This document shows, one piece after another, positions 41,161 to 51,402 of a DNA stretch of 64,000 nucleotides; position 1 is the stretch's first letter; each line of letters opens with the position of its first letter. Made by a program: the position numbers and the translations under genes. The stretch is from positions 1 through 64,000 of the forward strand of contig CAZUFC010000007.1 in assembly GCA_964619725.1 (NCBI GenBank), in the 5' to 3' direction. Under the pieces are notes generated by a model, which was not told the DNA's origin, made no database searches, and saw nothing but the letters and a program-made list of their open reading frames with translations. The stretch is from an uncultured bacterium (GTDB taxonomy: Bacteria > CSSED10-310 > CAZUFC01).

Positions 41161-43167
41161 GTGAAAATTTCATCTGACGCCGGGACACTGGTGGGCGTGG
41201 ATATCGGTGGAACCTTTACCGATTTTTTTATGGTCAAAGGTGACAAGACGACCGTTTTCAAATTGCCCTCGAATCCGGCATATCCTGGGCAGCCTTTAAT
41301 AGAAGGATTGGAGTTTCTGGAACCCGGGGATGCCGCTGCGGTAACTCACGGCTCCACCGTCGCCATAAACGCGGTGCTGGAAAACAAGACTGCGGAGACT
41401 GCTTTGATAAGCACGAAAGGTTTCAAGGATATAGTAGCCATAGGCCGTCAATCCCGCAGCGAATTATACGATCTTTTTTTTGAGCAGCCAGAGGAATTGG
41501 TTTCTTCTGGTCTGCGTTTTGGAGTAACTGAGCGCGTTAATTGCCGGGGTGAAATAGTAACTGAGCTGGACTTGAAAGAGGTTCAGGAGGTCGTATTTCG
41601 AATTGGGGAGCGTAAAGCCGCAGCCGCGGTATGTTTTTTATTTTCATTTTTGGAGCCGCGTCATGAAAAAGCTGTGGGCGAACTACTGGAAAAAGCGGGA
41701 ATATCCTGCTGTTTATCCTGCGAGGTATTGCCGGAATTCAGGGAATACGAAAGAACAACGGCGACCATTTTAAACGCCTCATTGAAACCCGTAATGGACG
41801 GTTATTTAAAGAAATTGACGCAAAGCAGCCTTTTCAGTCGATTCACAGATTTCAGGATTATGCAGTCCAACGGCGGGACGATACCGGTTCAAGCAGCGCG
41901 GGAATTCCCTGTAAAGACATTGTTTTCAGGTCCTGCGGCAGGCGTCATAGGCGCTTTTTCCATAGCTGAAACTTCAAACTACAAGGATATAATCACCTTT
42001 GACATGGGCGGCACTTCCACCGACGTCTGCTTATGCCCCGGAAAAATACGCTATACCCGGGAATTCAAGATAGCCGGTCATCCTTTGGCGATACCCATGA
42101 TAGATATTCATTCCGTCGGCACAGGCGGAGGCTCCCTGGCGAAACTGGAAAAAGGCGCCTTTCTCAGAGTAGGCCCTCAAAGCGCAGGAGCCGATCCCGG
42201 ACCTGCCTGCTACGGAAAAGGAAAGAATCCGACCGTTACGGATGCGAATCTGGTTCTCGGTAGAATCATACCCCGGTTCTTTATGGGCGGAAAGATGAAG
42301 CTGTACCCCGAAAGAAGCAGGGATGCCGTTAAGAAACTCGGCGATAAGATGGGCTTATCCCTGAAGCAGGCTGCAGAGGGAATAATAAAAGTGGCGGTCA
42401 GCAGCATGGGTCGCGCAGTAAAAGTGGTTTCAGTTCAGAAAGGTTATGATGTGCGGAATTTCACATTATTTGCTTACGGTGGAGCGGGCGGACTGCATGC
42501 CGCGGAACTGGCTGAAAGCGCCGGCATAACCAGAGTCGTCATTCCGCCTCATCCCGGTATTTTATCCGCTGTCGGGCTGGCTGTTGCGGATGCTCGTCGA
42601 GATGCGGGAAAAACCGTTATGAAACCCCTGAGCAGAGAGCATTATATTGAATTTCAGGAATGCTTTGGGAGTTTGATGAGAGGACTTGAAAAACAATTAA
42701 TCAATGAAGGACATTCTCCCGAAAGCATACTGTTTCAACTGTCCGCAGACATGAGATATAAAGGACAGTCGCATGAACTTACAGTCGAAGTCGACAATCC
42801 TCCTTATTTCTCCGCCTGGGACAATAAATTTCACGAAACTCATTTAAAGAGTTATGCCTGTTTCGATGCACGGAATGCAATCGAAGTCGTTACTTTGCGC
42901 GTCACAGCAGTCGTCAGAACCGTTAAACCCGACCTTCAAAAACTGATGACGGATGTCGACCGATCCGGACGATCAGATCAATTGTCCCGACAGATCAATT
43001 CAAGCAACGGTCCTTTTCCCGTTAGAGCTCGCAATCGACTTGCACCGGGGGAAATCTTACGTGGACCTTCGGTGATCGTATCGCCCTATTCCACAGTTTA
43101 TCTGCCTGAAAAATGGCGATTGAGCACGGACGGACATCAGAACATCGTAATGGAGTTGAACGAATGA
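41161..43167 (+). CDS. Hydantoinase/oxoprolinase subunit A
   Basis: DIGGTFTD, HGSTVAINA, REYERT, SGPAAG, DMGGTSTD, GPQSAGADPGPACY, TVTDAN. Confidence 0.92.
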   Translation: MKISSDAGTLVGVDIGGTFTDFFMVKGDKTTVFKLPSNPAYPGQPLIEGLEFLEPGDAAAVTHGSTVAINAVLENKTAETALISTKGFKDIVAIGRQSRSELYDLFFEQPEELVSSGLRFGVTERVNCRGEIVTELDLKEVQEVVFRIGERKAAAAVCFLFSFLEPRHEKAVGELLEKAGISCCLSCEVLPEFREYERTTATILNASLKPVMDGYLKKLTQSSLFSRFTDFRIMQSNGGTIPVQAAREFPVKTLFSGPAAGVIGAFSIAETSNYKDIITFDMGGTSTDVCLCPGKIRYTREFKIAGHPLAIPMIDIHSVGTGGGSLAKLEKGAFLRVGPQSAGADPGPACYGKGKNPTVTDANLVLGRIIPRFFMGGKMKLYPERSRDAVKKLGDKMGLSLKQAAEGIIKVAVSSMGRAVKVVSVQKGYDVRNFTLFAYGGAGGLHAAELAESAGITRVVIPPHPGILSAVGLAVADARRDAGKTVMKPLSREHYIEFQECFGSLMRGLEKQLINEGHSPESILFQLSADMRYKGQSHELTVEVDNPPYFSAWDNKFHETHLKSYACFDARNAIEVVTLRVTAVVRTVKPDLQKLMTDVDRSGRSDQLSRQINSSNGPFPVRARNRLAPGEILRGPSVIVSPYSTVYLPEKWRLSTDGHQNIVMELNE

Positions 43168-44750
43168 AGGATAAACGAAGACTCGATCCTGTTGAGCTTG
43201 AGATTTATAATCATCTTTTCTCATCAATAGCAGAAGAAATGGGCGCCGTCCTCGAAAGAACCGGTTTTTCTCCCAATATCAAAGAACGAAGAGATTTTTC
43301 ATGCGCTCTGTTCACAAACAAGGGAGAAATGTTCGCTCAGGCCGCCCATATACCCGTTCATCTGGGTTCCATGGGTTCGGCTATCCGTACGACGATCAAA
43401 CGAATGACTCTGGATGAAGGCGATGTAGCCATCCTTAACGATCCTTTCCTGGGGGGGACCCATCTTCCCGACATCACCCTGATAGCGCCCCTGTTTTTCT
43501 GCAGTGAGTGCGCCGGCTATGCGGCAGCAAGAGCACATCACAGCGATATCGGCGGCATTTCTCCCGGGTCCATGCCTTTGTCGAATGAAATATTTCAGGA
43601 AGGCCTGATAATACCTCCTCTGAAATTATTTCAAAATAATAAACTGAATAAAGATGCCCTGAATCTTATCCTTTCCAACGTCCGGACTCCTGAAGAACGA
43701 AAAGGGGACATCGACGCGCAGAAAGCAGCGCTGGATAAAGGCATATCGCGAATCTTGACCCTGATCCGTCAATACGGTCTCCCGGACATACAAAACGCAT
43801 TCCGGCAACTGCTGGACGCCTCTGAAAAAGGTATGCGAAACGAAATCCGGCAGCTCGGAGAAGTTCAGTGCCAATTCGAGGATTTCCTGGACGACGACGG
43901 CTGGACGAATAATCCCTTGAGAATACGCTGCAAAATATATTTCTCGAATGGAAACGCCTTCCTGGACTTCAAAGGCTCTTCCCCTCAAACAGACGGTCCC
44001 GTCAATGCAGTCAGGGCCGTCTCGGAATCCGCCGCCCGTTATGTTTTTAAAGCCGTTTTCGGGAAAGAATTACCCGCTAACGACGGCGCCTTCCGACCCA
44101 TAATCCTGAAAACCGAACCGGGAACCATCGTGGATGCCCTATTTCCGGCTGCTGTCGCTGCAGGAAATGTGGAAACTTCGCAGCGAATAGTCGACGTGCT
44201 GTTGGGCGCCCTGTCGAAAATCATACCCGGTAAAATACCTGCCGCAGCGGCAGGTACAATGTCGAATCTCAGCCTGGGTGGAAAAGACTCCGGTATAAAC
44301 AGCGAACCTTTTTCCTATTACGAAACGATCGCCGGCGGCATGGGCGGCGGGGAAGGGAAAAACGGAGCCCATGCCGTCCAAACGCATATGACCAACACCA
44401 GAAATACACCGGTCGAAGCGCTTGAGTTTTCCTATCCGTTGCAAGTCGTTCGTTACGAAATAAGAAAAAACAGCGGCGGTAAAGGACAGTTCTACGGCGG
44501 CAATGGTCTGATCAGAGAAATTAAAACGCTGGTCCCGGCCAGAGGCGCTCTGCTGGCGGACAGATTCAAAAGAGCCCCCTACGGATTGAAAGAAGGAAAA
44601 CCCGGAAATACCGCTAAAGCCTATATTATAGATAACAGAAAACGAAACGATATTAAATCAAAATGCAATTTTGAACTGCCGCCGCAATCCTCCATCTGCA
44701 TAGAAACACCGGGAGGAGGCGGCTACGGTTCCTGTGACGATAAAGAATGA
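43164..44750 (+). CDS. Hydantoinase B/oxoprolinase subunit
   Basis: SPNIKERRDFSCA, HIPVHLGS, NDPFLGGTHLPD, HHSDIGG, MTNTRNTPVE, TPGGGGYG; ATGA overlap with subunit A. Confidence 0.92.
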   Translation: MKDKRRLDPVELEIYNHLFSSIAEEMGAVLERTGFSPNIKERRDFSCALFTNKGEMFAQAAHIPVHLGSMGSAIRTTIKRMTLDEGDVAILNDPFLGGTHLPDITLIAPLFFCSECAGYAAARAHHSDIGGISPGSMPLSNEIFQEGLIIPPLKLFQNNKLNKDALNLILSNVRTPEERKGDIDAQKAALDKGISRILTLIRQYGLPDIQNAFRQLLDASEKGMRNEIRQLGEVQCQFEDFLDDDGWTNNPLRIRCKIYFSNGNAFLDFKGSSPQTDGPVNAVRAVSESAARYVFKAVFGKELPANDGAFRPIILKTEPGTIVDALFPAAVAAGNVETSQRIVDVLLGALSKIIPGKIPAAAAGTMSNLSLGGKDSGINSEPFSYYETIAGGMGGGEGKNGAHAVQTHMTNTRNTPVEALEFSYPLQVVRYEIRKNSGGKGQFYGGNGLIREIKTLVPARGALLADRFKRAPYGLKEGKPGNTAKAYIIDNRKRNDIKSKCNFELPPQSSICIETPGGGGYGSCDDKE

Positions 44751-44925
44751 ATTCAATTTCTGACATGTCAGGGAGCTCTAAGAAGCGATATTTAGACGAA
44801 AAAGACCGTAAGAACAGCCATTTCGCAGAAATGGACGGTACCTATATTTCACCGTAACCGGAATGAAACGGCTAATCCCTGCATAAAACTCTTGCCCTTG
44901 CGAACCCGGCATCCAGCTTCCGCCG

Positions 44926-46032
44926 CTATCCTGGCGGCGATTCTGTATCCTTTGTCACTGATTGTCTTTTTCTATACAACATATCGACGAATGCTTCCAG
45001 CCTTGTTTCAACGCCTGTTTTCGACGCATGTTCATCGAAAACCAAAGACATGATCGGTATATTGTAATCTCTGGATACTCTTGTCAGAATAGTCTGAGCC
45101 ACCATTTCCGGCATGCATGTGAAAGGCAGGATATGCACTATCCCGTCGTATCCCTGCCTGGCGAATCGAATCGCTGTACCGACCGAAAGGAGCGATTCCC
45201 CGCCGGCGTTTTCTCTTAAATATTTTTTCGCTTCGCGCTCCGCCTTTTTCAAAGGACTGGATCGAAGCGGCGCGAAGTGAATCCTTTCGTTAAACCAGTC
45301 CGTTAATGTCACGGCCCTTTTTACTGCCGCCCCAGCTTCTCCCAGCATTATTTCTATGTCCAGGTTGGCGAAAGCCTCCAATACCATGAAAATTTCGCCG
45401 ATCAATCCTATCTTGACCGGTTTTCTCGATCTGTCCAAGGAAATTTCCTCATAATGCTTCTTCAGATTACGCTCCAATCTCATCAACTCAAACAAACCGG
45501 ACGTCTGATCGATCATATCCTGCAGCTTCTGATGTATTTTTGTCGTCGCTCCTTTAACTTTTTCGTAAGGACGGAATACGTTTGCAAAATTGTGAGCTTT
45601 ATCCAGAGCTATAAGTCTCCTGAAAATGAAATAGAAATTTTTAATCAGGCGGCTCCTGCTGTTAATGCCGCTTACTTCTCTCATGGTATGCAATATGTTT
45701 TTCAAATGGTCAGGATCATCCGTCCTGATTATTTCAAACCGATAACCCAGCCTTTTCAATATCTGCTCCTGAACCACGCTGTAATACCCCAACCGGCAAG
45801 GTCCCGAACCTCCGATCATCACGATCGTATCAGCGCCCTTTTCCAGTCCTTCGATAAAATTTCCCAGCGTCATTTTGAAAGGCAAACACGCGCCTTCAGG
45901 GCTATGAGGGCTTCCTATCTTCAATGAACGGGAAGCGGTTCGGTCCGGTTCCACGACTTCAACGCCCAGATTCCTCAGAGCGCCCATAAAGGCGAGACTC
46001 ATCGTACCCATATGTGGAAAAACGATTTTCAA
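44926..46032 (-). CDS. 2-hydroxyacyl-CoA dehydratase/CoA-activase-associated protein
   Basis: KIVFPHMG, SPEGACLPFK..LGN, GPCRLGYY, IGEIF, PFTCMPE, DEH...G..TRLEAFVD; start inferred at TTG 46032 (ORF to 46149). Confidence 0.75.
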   Translation of the reverse strand: MKIVFPHMGTMSLAFMGALRNLGVEVVEPDRTASRSLKIGSPHSPEGACLPFKMTLGNFIEGLEKGADTIVMIGGSGPCRLGYYSVVQEQILKRLGYRFEIIRTDDPDHLKNILHTMREVSGINSRSRLIKNFYFIFRRLIALDKAHNFANVFRPYEKVKGATTKIHQKLQDMIDQTSGLFELMRLERNLKKHYEEISLDRSRKPVKIGLIGEIFMVLEAFANLDIEIMLGEAGAAVKRAVTLTDWFNERIHFAPLRSSPLKKAEREAKKYLRENAGGESLLSVGTAIRFARQGYDGIVHILPFTCMPEMVAQTILTRVSRDYNIPIMSLVFDEHASKTGVETRLEAFVDMLYRKRQSVTKDTESPPG

Positions 46033-46253
46033 TTGAGCGATAGAGGATGCAATCCGATTATTTTCTGAACGCAAATGACGCCTTTTCCGTTTTGCCGGAT
46101 CATCTTTCGTTTTATACCAGGCCGCTCCCGCTGACCCGCGTTTCCCCAATTCAGCGCTTCTTCAATGGAAGAAAAAAAATAAACATTGCGGATCACAAAA
46201 TTACTGCGACTGTCGCCTCTGCATATCCATGAAAATAAGCCTGCAGACCGCCG

Positions 46254-47075
46254 CTAGTTATTGATATGAGAAAAACTCTTCTGAGAACTCTGTCCCATGA
46301 AACCCATTCCCGTGACATATTCATAAATCTGCTGCTCTTCTTCTTCACTCAGGTCGCCGGATTTCATTTTGTCCTTCAGCGCATAAAGATCGCCTAATTC
46401 CACCTTCTGCTCGCTTTTCGTTCTTTTCGACCCCGGCCCCTTGATTATGTCTATTTCTCTCGCCTGGGCCGTTTTCCGCTCCGGTTTTCTCTCAACGACT
46501 TCAACATCCTTTTCCGCTTCCTTTATCATCTGCTCCAGGGCCGCAATAATTATCCTTCCTTCAAGTTCGTTAATCTTCGACGCCAACCGGCTTCCGGGGT
46601 CCTTAGACGATATGCTCCAGGCCTTCTCATATACTTCCAGCGCACTCATGTATAAACCTTCCTGAAGATAAAGGTCTCCTTTTTCAACGAGATTATCCAG
46701 CCGGCGGCTTTGCAGATTCTCGATTCTCTTCCTTACCTGCTCCGTCCTGTTCGACCCGGCACGGATAAGAAGTATCAATATTTTCTCATATTGCTCCAGA
46801 GCGGCATCATAACTCCCCTTCTCATACAAGGAATCAGCCACCGTCTTTATATTCTCGGCCTGCGCCAGAGCTTTGCATTCTTTCAGAAGACGCCGGGCTT
46901 CGTCCCGAAATTCGCTCTTCGGATGGTCCCGTATGACGCGCCTGAATTCCGCTGTCGCACGCTCATACATCCCCGCGTCCATGTAACGCTTGCCCTTGTC
47001 CAAATGAACTTTTCCGTCACAAGCAGAAAACAGGACGATACAGGCCGTCAATAAACAGTATGAAAATATTTTCAT
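46254..47075 (-). CDS. TPR-repeat lipoprotein
   Basis: Lipobox FSAC after hydrophobic signal; TPR-like helices (GKRYMDAGMYERA, ADSLYEKGSYDAA, GDLYLQEGLYMSA). Confidence 0.7.
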   Translation of the reverse strand: MKIFSYCLLTACIVLFSACDGKVHLDKGKRYMDAGMYERATAEFRRVIRDHPKSEFRDEARRLLKECKALAQAENIKTVADSLYEKGSYDAALEQYEKILILLIRAGSNRTEQVRKRIENLQSRRLDNLVEKGDLYLQEGLYMSALEVYEKAWSISSKDPGSRLASKINELEGRIIIAALEQMIKEAEKDVEVVERKPERKTAQAREIDIIKGPGSKRTKSEQKVELGDLYALKDKMKSGDLSEEEEQQIYEYVTGMGFMGQSSQKSFSHINN

Positions 47076-47116
47076 GCTCACTAATCGCCTGATGAAATTC
47101 ACGTTTATGATCAATT

Positions 47117-49615
47117 CTACAGCAATTCCGGGTCCCCGCCCGCCAGAATTTCCACCATGTAATCATGAAAATAATCATGCTCGTCGCTTATCTCTGAGGG
47201 GACTTTTTCTAAATACAAACTTCTGCCGCGAGCAATTTCCTCGCCTAAGCTCATGAGTATATTTTCATTGCTTCTGGCAGTCTCCAATTGCTCCTTGTTA
47301 TAGTTCTTTATATCAAGAAGAATCGTTCGAGCCAGTCTCTTCGCTTTCTCTCTCGCCTCCGACATAGGGTCCTGGCGGCCTGGAGGTGCAGCGGCTTGCG
47401 GAGCGCCCCTTCTCATTCCGGCTTTATATTCTGTCGATTCTTCCCGCTCAACTTCGTCTACAAGCTCAGACACCCAATCTTCCCCTTCCGTATCCGCTCC
47501 AAAATCTGTCTCCATTTTCTCTTCTTCGCCGGGCTTCTCATCCTGTAATTCTCTTTCCTCTTCTTCAAGTCCGAAATCGTATTCCTCCTCCTGCATCGCT
47601 CCTGAATACGCATCTCTCTTCTCTTCGGATTTCCCGGCTTTCTTCGTCTCATCGGTTGTGCCGATTACACCCTGTAAAAGATCGGATACCCATTTCTCAT
47701 CCCTCTTCGGCTTGTCTTGCCGGTCGCCCGCCCCTTCAGTGGGACCCATTATTTTCTCCATCCAGTCTTCCGATTCCTCTTCCTTCCGCTCCTGCCTTCG
47801 ATGTTTTCTCTTTTCAATCAAACGATTCAGCAAGTGTTCCGAACCTACTCCCTTTTCCTCGCTTTCTTCCTCTTCAAACTCCTCCGATATCTCTTCCCCC
47901 TCTTCAGTCTCCTTTTCCTCCGGGAATTCTTCTATTTCCGCTTCCGATTCCTCAACACCCGCTGCAATGCCTTCTTCAACAGCCGCCGGTTTCTCTTCCT
48001 CAGGCTCTTCCGGCTCTTCCGGCTCTTCCGGCTCTTCCGGCTCTTCCGGCTCTTCCGCTCCCTTCATTTCTTCCGCTCCAACTTCTTCTTCAACCGCAAT
48101 CCGTTCCTCCTGCTCCTCTTCGGTTATCTCCTTCGCTTCAATCGGCCCCTCTTCCGCTTCGTCTGCTTCTTCAACCTCTTCCTTTACTGCATCGGTTTGC
48201 TGCGTCGACGATACCGGTTCACTGACTTTGACTTCTTCCCTCTTTTCAACGACTTCCGCTTCAACCTTTTCTTCAGCTCTTTCCTTCTCCTCATCAACTT
48301 TCGGCTCCACTTCCGCTTCAACCTCAGCTTCCGTGATCTTCTTTTCCTCCTCCTTAACCTCAATATCCTCGTCCTTTTCCTCTTCCGCTTCAACCCCGGC
48401 TTTCGCCGCCTTTTCTTCCTCCGCTTTCGATTCTTTCTGCCTGAGCGCTTCAACCGCCTCTTCCGGTTCTGCCTTCTCTTCTGCTTCAACCTCTTCAACC
48501 TTATCCCCGGTTTCCGCATCCTCGCTGGTTCTGTAGGCTATCTCAATAACCTTCTCCTTCACCGCCGGCTCTCTCTTCTCCTCTTCCTCCGTAAGCTCCT
48601 CCTCGACTTTCTTTTCTTCCTTCCCGGCAACCGGTTCTTCCGGCGTTTCTTCCGCCTGAACATCTTCCGTTTCCCTGATTTCCGCCTCTTCAGAAGTCTC
48701 CTTAACAACCTCCTCCTCAAACACGGTCGCCTGCTCTTCCTTCCCTGCCGGTTCAGATTCTTTGGCTTCCAGTTGCGCTTCCTCCGCCTCCAGCTTCTCT
48801 TCTCCCGGTTCCAATTTCTCTATCCCCTTCAGAATCTCTTCAGACATCTTGCGTTCCGCTTCGCTCTTCTCTGCGTCCTTCTCTGCTTCCTTCTCTTCAA
48901 ACGTTTCAAGCGATTTGAGCCGGTCTTCAATCTTATCGAATGAATCCAGGTCTATCTCGTCAGCTTCCTTACCGGCCTGCTCTTTGCCCAATACCTCAAT
49001 TTCTTCGCTAATTCGCCCGTAATCATCCTCCCGGGAATCAACCGTTTCCAGCTTGTCCGTTATGCTGTCCTCTAGAAATCCCCTTTCTTCGAGCAATTCG
49101 TCGATCATTTCATCATGATCTTCCGTATCCCCTGTCAGAGAAAATTCATCTCCCGTCTCTTCCACAATTTCCAGCTCTGATTCCTTCAACGCGTCCGATC
49201 CTAATTCAACCTCCGTACCGGAAACCGGAAACTCCTCATCTTCCTCTATTTCCCTTTCTGCAAACTCGTCAATCTTTCGTTCGTCCTGAAAAGAAAATTT
49301 TTCTATTTCCGTTTCAATTTCCGGCTCCGCCTCATCCTCAACTTCCAACTCTTCTTCCGCCGTCATCTCAGGCTTCATATCATACTTTTCGTGATACACT
49401 TCCGTCAGCGTATCCGCCTCGAATTCAAACTTCTCGGGTATCTCCGGATAATCTTCCACTCCAATCGAAGACTCTTCCCGGTCCAGTGCGCCGCCGCTTC
49501 TGGTTGAAGGAGTCTGCGACTCTTTTTTCGGTTTAAAAAATGTCAAAAAGAGTCCGATCAGGATCAGCAAAAGTCCAAAAAAGGCTATGATGTAAACATA
49601 ATTCATTGCGCTCAT
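47117..49615 (-). CDS. Single-TM, Glu-rich low-complexity protein with folded C-terminal RomX-like domain
   Basis: N-terminal TM, ~700 aa dominated by Glu, C-term KAKRLARTILLDIKNYN...EEIARGRSLYLEKV...YFHDYMVEILA. Confidence 0.65.
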   Translation of the reverse strand: MSAMNYVYIIAFFGLLLILIGLFLTFFKPKKESQTPSTRSGGALDREESSIGVEDYPEIPEKFEFEADTLTEVYHEKYDMKPEMTAEEELEVEDEAEPEIETEIEKFSFQDERKIDEFAEREIEEDEEFPVSGTEVELGSDALKESELEIVEETGDEFSLTGDTEDHDEMIDELLEERGFLEDSITDKLETVDSREDDYGRISEEIEVLGKEQAGKEADEIDLDSFDKIEDRLKSLETFEEKEAEKDAEKSEAERKMSEEILKGIEKLEPGEEKLEAEEAQLEAKESEPAGKEEQATVFEEEVVKETSEEAEIRETEDVQAEETPEEPVAGKEEKKVEEELTEEEEKREPAVKEKVIEIAYRTSEDAETGDKVEEVEAEEKAEPEEAVEALRQKESKAEEEKAAKAGVEAEEEKDEDIEVKEEEKKITEAEVEAEVEPKVDEEKERAEEKVEAEVVEKREEVKVSEPVSSTQQTDAVKEEVEEADEAEEGPIEAKEITEEEQEERIAVEEEVGAEEMKGAEEPEEPEEPEEPEEPEEPEEEKPAAVEEGIAAGVEESEAEIEEFPEEKETEEGEEISEEFEEEESEEKGVGSEHLLNRLIEKRKHRRQERKEEESEDWMEKIMGPTEGAGDRQDKPKRDEKWVSDLLQGVIGTTDETKKAGKSEEKRDAYSGAMQEEEYDFGLEEEERELQDEKPGEEEKMETDFGADTEGEDWVSELVDEVEREESTEYKAGMRRGAPQAAAPPGRQDPMSEAREKAKRLARTILLDIKNYNKEQLETARSNENILMSLGEEIARGRSLYLEKVPSEISDEHDYFHDYMVEILAGGDPELL
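47993..48056 (-). repeat. 9-nt tandem repeat encoding (EEP)n
   Basis: ggctcttcc repeated six times on the + strand. Confidence 0.9.
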
Positions 49616-49757
49616 GTGTTCAGCCTCAAGTTATCTTCATTTGAAAATTTTAAATATAAGAATCAAGCGCTCACCGTTCCAACAGAAAATTAACAAAGGA
49701 TTCCCCTGTTGTCAAATACGGGAAAAGCGAAAAGCGAGTCTTCATCATATCATAATT

Positions 49758-50792
49758 CTAATTCGGGGCCCTGTTTTCCCAGCAGTGATCGCAAATGGAA
49801 AGCATGCTTTTACTTCCCTTGATCATCGAATTTCTTATTTCCATCATTTTCTGTCCGTTCCAGCAATCCTCTTCGTGAATATTACCGAATTCTTTTCTCG
49901 GAATAATCACGCAACATGGAGATATATTACCATCGCCGTCAATAGTCAACATCCGGAAAGGATGCGGACAACAGGTCGTGGTCAGGTCAGGACGAACGAG
50001 CCTGGGCGGCAAAATTTCCATCGAGCCGACAGACAAGGGAATTGCGGCGATTTTCTTTCTCATTTCATTAGTATCGTAGAGACACTTTTCATGGCTTGTC
50101 ATCTCTGAGCATTCGTAAGACAAAAGATTTTGAAATAAAACGCGGTCAACTCCCAGAGTCGTACCGAGTTTTATAAAATCATTCATTTTATCATAATTAT
50201 CCGTGCTTACGACATGTGAGAGAGCTATTTTCAGTCCTGATCCTTCTTTTTCTCTTTCGGAGGCGAGAGTCTCAATCCCCTTGACGATTCTCCAGTATAA
50301 TTCTTCGGACCCTTTGCGCAGACGTTTATACCCATCAGGATCAGAAGCATCCAGGCTGACATTGAGAACATCGAGCGGAGAACGCAGCAATTTCTTTATA
50401 TTATCCTCTGTTAAGAGCGTTCCGTTCGTTGAGACGGTCGTATGAAGATCATTGTTCGACGATATTCGTATAAATTCAAACAGGCGCTCGTGCAAAAACG
50501 GCTCGCCTCCCACCAGGCCGATGGATTCAGCAGAACGGTTCTCCGCTGTGAATTTTTTAAACATCTCAACGGTCATATCCTGAAAAGGCTTTTCAGGTCC
50601 GAAATTCGAATGCGAGGCGAAAGGACATGTGTTGCAGCTCATATTGCAGCGATGAGTGATAAAAGCCATCAATTCCAGGGGTCTGTAATTCAATCTGGGA
50701 GAATCCGTCCCAAAAATTTTGCGCTTCATCCGGTTCAGAAGCTGCCGACGATTCAATCTCCCGGCCAGAGCCAATTTTGATCTTAAACCCAA
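49758..50792 (-). CDS. Radical SAM protein with SPASM/twitch domain
   Basis: CNMSCNTC, GGEPFLH, STNGTLL, VSLD, CPHPF...DGNISPCC...GNI...CDHC. Confidence 0.88.
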   Translation of the reverse strand: MGLRSKLALAGRLNRRQLLNRMKRKIFGTDSPRLNYRPLELMAFITHRCNMSCNTCPFASHSNFGPEKPFQDMTVEMFKKFTAENRSAESIGLVGGEPFLHERLFEFIRISSNNDLHTTVSTNGTLLTEDNIKKLLRSPLDVLNVSLDASDPDGYKRLRKGSEELYWRIVKGIETLASEREKEGSGLKIALSHVVSTDNYDKMNDFIKLGTTLGVDRVLFQNLLSYECSEMTSHEKCLYDTNEMRKKIAAIPLSVGSMEILPPRLVRPDLTTTCCPHPFRMLTIDGDGNISPCCVIIPRKEFGNIHEEDCWNGQKMMEIRNSMIKGSKSMLSICDHCWENRAPN

Positions 50793-50842
50793 ATTTCTCC
50801 TCCGTATGAAAACTGCTCACAAGCAGACGGTTGAATCGCCTG

Positions 50843-51319
50843 TCATCCTGCCGCCGTTATCAGGGCCGTGAACCATCCCGCGGCCATGAAGGGGAGAAAA
50901 GGCGCCCTGATCTCCCCACAATCCCTTTTAACAAAAAAGCGATTTAAATACCAGATAAAATGAATGAGCGCTGCGGCAATGAATGCGACCGGTATAAAGA
51001 GCCATGGAAACGCGGGAGGATGACAGCAAAAGATCAGAGCAATGGAGGCTTTCACGTCTGCAGGATGAACAAGTCCTGAAAATAGGTAGAAAACAATGAC
51101 AAGAGCAGAAAAACCAAGCGGAGCCAGAAAGGAACTTATATTTTTCTCATCGGTCAGATAAAGAAAAATCGCCATCAGGAATATGAAAAACCATATCCCG
51201 TTTGAGAATTTCCTGAATCTCCAATCCTGGATGCTTCCCCACACCAGCAAAGCCGAGACGATAATCTTGACCGTGGTTATCGACGACGGCAAATCGTTTA
51301 ACGTTTCATCACCCAACAA
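50843..51319 (-). CDS. A24-family (TadV/CpaA-like) prepilin peptidase
   Basis: Hydrophobic; QDWRFRKFSN and PADVKA supply the two Asp motifs; C-terminal PFLPFM. Confidence 0.55.
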   Translation of the reverse strand: MLGDETLNDLPSSITTVKIIVSALLVWGSIQDWRFRKFSNGIWFFIFLMAIFLYLTDEKNISSFLAPLGFSALVIVFYLFSGLVHPADVKASIALIFCCHPPAFPWLFIPVAFIAAALIHFIWYLNRFFVKRDCGEIRAPFLPFMAAGWFTALITAAG

Positions 51320-51402
51320 GCATTATCCCCAATTTTGCGTTGTCCTTCCACATGGAACCTTCAGCATGCCGTCTCCGTTTTTATTCCCCATTAACAGCAA
51401 CA

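Noticed and set aside
47386-48943. Long + strand ORFs (279, 292, 408 aa) rich in Ser/Phe/Leu/Arg
   Set aside because: Antisense shadows of the Glu-rich gene; its GAA/GAG codons leave few stops on the other strand
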